Assembly: GCA_004431415.1 (NCBI GenBank) | Contig: QPMI01000545.1 | Location: 214,900 to 278,899, forward strand | Reading direction: 5' to 3' | Source: Cyanophora paradoxa CCMP329 | Taxonomy: Eukaryota; Plantae; Glaucophyta | DNA: 64,000 nt | Part shown: positions 60,850-64,000 of the stretch, piece after piece | How the letters are laid out: every line of letters starts with the position of its first letter | Numbering within the stretch: position 1 is the first letter of the stretch | Made by a program: the position numbers and the translations under genes | The notes under the pieces: model-generated | The model's input: only the letters and a program-made list of their open reading frames with translations | The model's database searches: none | What the model was told of the DNA's origin: nothing

Positions 60850-61720
60850 GCGTCATTTACGTCCGCGTCATTTACGTCACGGAGTTTGCCGGCGACTCGG
60901 GACTCGGGCCCAACTTCTCCCGGTAAGTTCGAGACTTGAACTCGGCGGGGTACCCCCCGGTGTCCTAGTGTCCTAGTGTCCTAGTGCTACTAGCTAGGTG
61001 GTATCGATATCTAGCTAGCTAGCGCTAGCGCTTGCTTAATTAATTAACCTGAAGGGTCGCGTCATTTACGTCAGCGTCATTTACGTCACGGAGTTTGCCG
61101 GCGACTCGGACTCGGGCCCAACTTCTCCCGGTAAGTTCGAGACTTGAACTCGGCGGGGGTACCCCCGGTGTCCTAGTGTCCTAGTGTCCTAGTGCTACTA
61201 GCTAGGTGGTATCGATATCTAGCTAGCTAGCGCTAGCGCTTGCTTAATTAATTAACCTGAAGGGTCGCGTCATTTACGTCAGCGTCATTTACGTCACGGA
61301 GTTTGCCGGCGACTCGGGACTCGGCCCAACTTCTCCCGGTAAGTTCGTCACGACCAGTAGCTACTAGTACCGCTAGTACTACGTAGTACTACTTAGTACT
61401 ACTTGGTACTACTTAGTACTACTAGCTTAGTACTAGTAGCCACCGATACTGGTACAGCTTTTATAGATTTAAGCATTCATTCAATGTGAATAACGATAAT
61501 AGTAATAATAATAACGATAAGTAATAGGGATACCCTATTTTTCCAAGTCTCGAACTTACCGGGAGAAGTTGGGCCCGAGTCCCGAGTCGCCGGCAAACTC
61601 CGTGACGTAAATGACGCTGACGTAAATGACGCGACCCTTCGGTAACCTCCGCAACCCTTCAGGTAAATGTCAGGTAACTTCAGTTGAGTTAATTAAGCAA
61701 GCGCTAGCTAGCTAGATATC
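60850..61720. repeat. Origin-like locus: about 209-bp tandem repeat x 2.4, a TAGTACTAC/AT-rich spacer, then an inverted copy
   Basis: Units start at 60850, 61059 and 61267 (partial, to 61347). Spacer 61348-61543. Inverted arm 61544-61640, degenerate to 61720. Confidence 0.9.
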
Positions 61721-61979
61721 ACAGCTCTACTTGCCAAGTTGATGGTATCTAGCAGGCCTGCTCCTCCAAGTCTGCACCGCCGCCGCGCCCAGCGCTAGCG
61801 CTAGCTCGATACCGCCTCCGGACTTGATCTCCCTTGGCTCCAGCCACCTGAGGGGCTCAGGCCACCTCCTCCTGGTGAAGCCGGTATCGTTGCTCTTGTC
61901 CAGCTTGAGGTAGCGGTAGGGCGCCGGCGCCGGCCAGTCCGGCCTGTGGCCGCTTGCCTCCTTGGCTATGTCCTTGGGC

Positions 61980-62360
61980 CTACGCGGTCGCAGGTCCGCC
62001 TTGGCCTTCGCCCTCTGCAAGGGGCCCAGCGCCTTGAACTTCGGTGCCTTGGTCGCCGGCAGGGCCTTCGGCTGGGGCTTCACCGCCTTCGGCTGCTGAG
62101 GCCTTAGCTGCTTCGATTTCGGCATACTTCTTGCTCATAAATGAGAAAAGCGCCTCGAAGTCGGCCTTTATCTCCTCCTTGGTCCAGGATGTCACCTGAT
62201 CCGGGTCACCTGAGAACGGCGCATCGAACGCCACGTGGAGCGATTTGCAGGCCTGAGCTATCATTGGCTCGGGCCAGGCCAGCTCGATCAGCTGAAGGTA
62301 GATGTTCAGGCCTTGTCGAGCTTGGCGCCCTGAGAGACTAGCTGGAGATAGCGGCTCCAT
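61980..62360 (-). CDS. Hypothetical protein (may extend to 61727 via a frameshift)
   Basis: 126-aa ORF MEPLSPASL..EEIKADFEALFSFMSKKYAEIE, preceded by attttctaaag. Confidence 0.55.
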   Translation of the reverse strand: MEPLSPASLSGRQARQGLNIYLQLIELAWPEPMIAQACKSLHVAFDAPFSGDPDQVTSWTKEEIKADFEALFSFMSKKYAEIEAAKASAAEGGEAPAEGPAGDQGTEVQGAGPLAEGEGQGGPATA

Positions 62361-62452
62361 GGTACAGCAGAGCTTTAGAAAATGGCGCCAAGTCCAAGTC
62401 CTTTTTTACGGGCGAGGCCTGGGCCGGGGGCCAGGGCCGAGTCCAACTCCGT

Positions 62453-62496
62453 GACGTAAATGACGCTGACGTAAATGACGCGGACGTAAATGACGC
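62453..62496 (+). promoter_or_regulatory. Three tandem GACGTAAATGACGC motifs (CRE/as-1-like)
   Basis: Same 14-mer as in the 60850-61640 locus, with a 15-bp period. Confidence 0.55.
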
Positions 62497-62592
62497 CGAA
62501 TTTTCAAGTTGCCCTCACCTGAAACTCAGCTGAGCGCTCACCTGACCCTCACCTGAACGGCCTCAAAACCGCAGCCCCGCCGCGCCCTCTCC

Positions 62593-62895
62593 TCACACTT
62601 CAAAGCCAAGAGAAATCAAGAATGTGCATCCCACGTACTTCACTGCTGTCTCACCTTCGGCATCTTCGCATACGTCATATACGACGATGAGTTCGACCGA
62701 AACACGTTCTACTTCTGCAAGCTCCTTCGCGACATTTCGTCGGAGCACCGCAAGGGCGATGAGTATGATTGGATTCAACTGCTCCCCCTCAAGAACGAGA
62801 TCGTACTGTGGAGAGAGAAGTGCATTGTAGGCAGGTTCAAGATTAGCTCGATTCGTGTAGCCGTCGTAGAGGATCTGATGGTGAATTGAACACGT
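62593..62895 (-). CDS. Low-GC small hypothetical protein; start not identified
   Basis: ..HQILYDGYTNRANLEPAYNALLSPQYDLVLEG..LNPIILIALAVLRRNVAKELAEVE..LGFEV*. Confidence 0.35.
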   Translation of the reverse strand, partial: TCSIHHQILYDGYTNRANLEPAYNALLSPQYDLVLEGEQLNPIILIALAVLRRNVAKELAEVERVSVELIVVYDVCEDAEGETAVKYVGCTFLISLGFEV

Positions 62896-63003
62896 GTTTT
62901 ACCTGAATCACCTGAGCGCTCACCCGAGGTCAGCTGAAGTCGGGTGGGGCGCCCTTAAATATTTCTAGCGCTAGGCTGAAGCACACTCTAAGCTAACGCA
63001 AAC

Positions 63004-63784
63004 ATGGCCACCGTCCGCAACGCCAACGAGATCGACCCCGCCAAGCTCGCCTTCGAGATCGACGCCACCGCCGCATCAAGGCCAAGTACGACGGCCTGCA
63101 GGGCCTCATGATGTACGCGCCGCCCATGGTCACGATCAACCCGTGCATCAACACAGAGCAAGGCAAGGCGTGGAGCGACGAGAAGAAGGCCTTCGTCATG
63201 GAAGAAAACGGCGGATTTTACACGCTGGACCTCACCGATCTCAGCGCCGTCGACGGCCAGACGAACCCAGCCGCGGACGAGTTCCTCAAGCTGCTGGAGG
63301 CCCTGGACGCGAAATTCTGCGAGTTCGTGCAGCAGAACCAGGCCAAGCTCAAGGTCTCGCCCGCCGCTCCCTCTCCAAGGATCAGATCTCGGTGCTGCAG
63401 ACGCCCAGCGTGCGCATCAAGGTCGACAAGGAGTCGGGCCAGGCCTTCTACAAGTACTCAACATGCGCATCCGCACCCAGACGATGGCGGGCAAGCGCAA
63501 GACCGTGCCCGTCGTCGACATGTCCAACTACCTCATCACCGAGCGCGCCACCATCGGCACCGGAGACCTGGTGGCGGCGCTCATTAAAATCGACACCGCC
63601 TACGCCATCCCCGAGGGCAAGTTCGGCCTCAAAGTGGTCCTTCCTCGCCGTGCAGCAGTGCAAGGTCGGCGCCTTTCGCTTCGCCGGGCGCGCCCCCGAG
63701 CTGGCCTTCAAGCCCTACGACAACGAGGCCGATTTCGAGCCCTACCTAAACCCCGAGTCTATGTACGCAGCCCCCATGCAGTAG
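63004..63784 (+). CDS. OB-fold single-stranded DNA-binding protein of the NCLDV / T7 gp2.5-related type (frameshifted)
   Basis: Stitching frames gives MATVRNANEIDPAKLAF..MYAPPM..YTLDL..EFLKLLEALDAKF..GDLVAALIKIDTAYAIPEGKFGLKWSFLAVQ, plus an acidic/aromatic tail. Confidence 0.7.
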
Positions 63785-63821
63785 CTCGGACGAATAAATT
63801 GTGAATTTTTGGTGCAATTGA

Positions 63822-64000
63822 TTACACGCGTTTACACTCAAGGCCGTTGAACTTGCCGCCCACCGCCCTGGGCTCCGCCGCCGTCGAGGCCGCCGCCTCC
63901 GTCACCTCCTTCATTACCTCCGGGTTCGCTGTTCGCCGCGTGCACCGCCAGCACCGTCTGCACCAGGGCCATCCCCAGGCGCGCCTCGGGCCCCAGGGTC
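63822..64000 (-). CDS. 3' end of a hypothetical viral protein (partial)
   Basis: TLGPEARLGMALVQTVLAVHAANS..EVMKEVTEAAA..GGKFNGL. Confidence 0.4.
   Translation of the reverse strand, partial: PWGPRRAWGWPWCRRCWRCTRRTANPEVMKEVTEAAASTAAEPRAVGGKFNGLECKRV

Larger units (their letters stand above)
26000..64000. mobile_element. Endogenous dsDNA viral element (small Nucleocytoviricota/mriyavirus-like or Polinton-like); right end outside the window, left end approximate
   Basis: YqaJ exonuclease, D5-like SF3 helicase, OB-fold SSB and a GNAT, with densely packed small ORFans and very short AT-rich spacers, plus an origin-like repeat locus. Directly adjoins the intron-rich housekeeping gene PANK. Confidence 0.8.

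Noticed and set aside
60960-60990. (GTGTCCTA)3 as a telomeric repeat
   Set aside because: Only three units, embedded in the 209-bp repeat, and not a recognised telomere motif.
60850-61440. Possible CRISPR array
   Set aside because: The sequences between repeats are identical rather than unique spacers, there are no cas genes, and the context is eukaryotic.
26194-64000. Frameshifts as evidence of pseudogenisation or programmed frameshifting
   Set aside because: Nearly all are 1-nt indels in G/C runs that vary between otherwise identical copies, which is typical of long-read consensus error.
26000-64000. Bacterial prophage or contaminant, suggested by YqaJ and the P4-family helicase
   Set aside because: The genes carry spliceosomal-type introns, no Shine-Dalgarno/operon pattern or phage structural genes were noticed, and the SSB looks NCLDV-like.
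26000-64000. Canonical Maverick/Polinton
   Set aside because: No protein-primed PolB, rve integrase, protease or terminal inverted repeat is visible in this window.

Overview
Eukaryotic DNA from a very GC-rich protist or alga (species not identifiable here), with many short introns of about 55-80 nt (GT-AG, some GC-AG). Most ORF-track entries are therefore exon fragments or shadow ORFs. About 1-26,000 is compact host gene space: a two-TM sensor with PAS/PAC domains (partial), a U-box/RING-like protein, an LRR + ARM/HEAT protein, an unknown protein, a SHIPPO-repeat protein, a Mut7-C RNase, an ARM-repeat protein, taspase and pantothenate kinase, plus a 2 kb palindrome-tiled intergenic tract. 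From about 26,000 to the right edge lies what looks like an integrated small dsDNA virus (Nucleocytoviricota/mriyavirus-like or Polinton-like). It carries a GNAT acetyltransferase, a YqaJ/lambda-type exonuclease, a D5-like SF3 helicase, an OB-fold SSB, small membrane proteins and an origin-like repeat/inverted-repeat locus. Its two large divergent genes carry host-type spliceosomal introns and share an unrecognised 29-aa motif. Its compact genes are intronless and share a TTTCTA-type upstream motif. A roughly 7 kb block (YqaJ, gene A, 5' half of the helicase gene) is present four times in tandem (27,688-55,431), joined by templated-insertion junctions. The copies differ essentially only by G/C homopolymer indels, which look like long-read errors, so frameshifts and copy number need read-level confirmation. 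No capsid, packaging ATPase, DNA polymerase or integrase is visible in the window. All family assignments are by-eye motif recognition; no searches were run.
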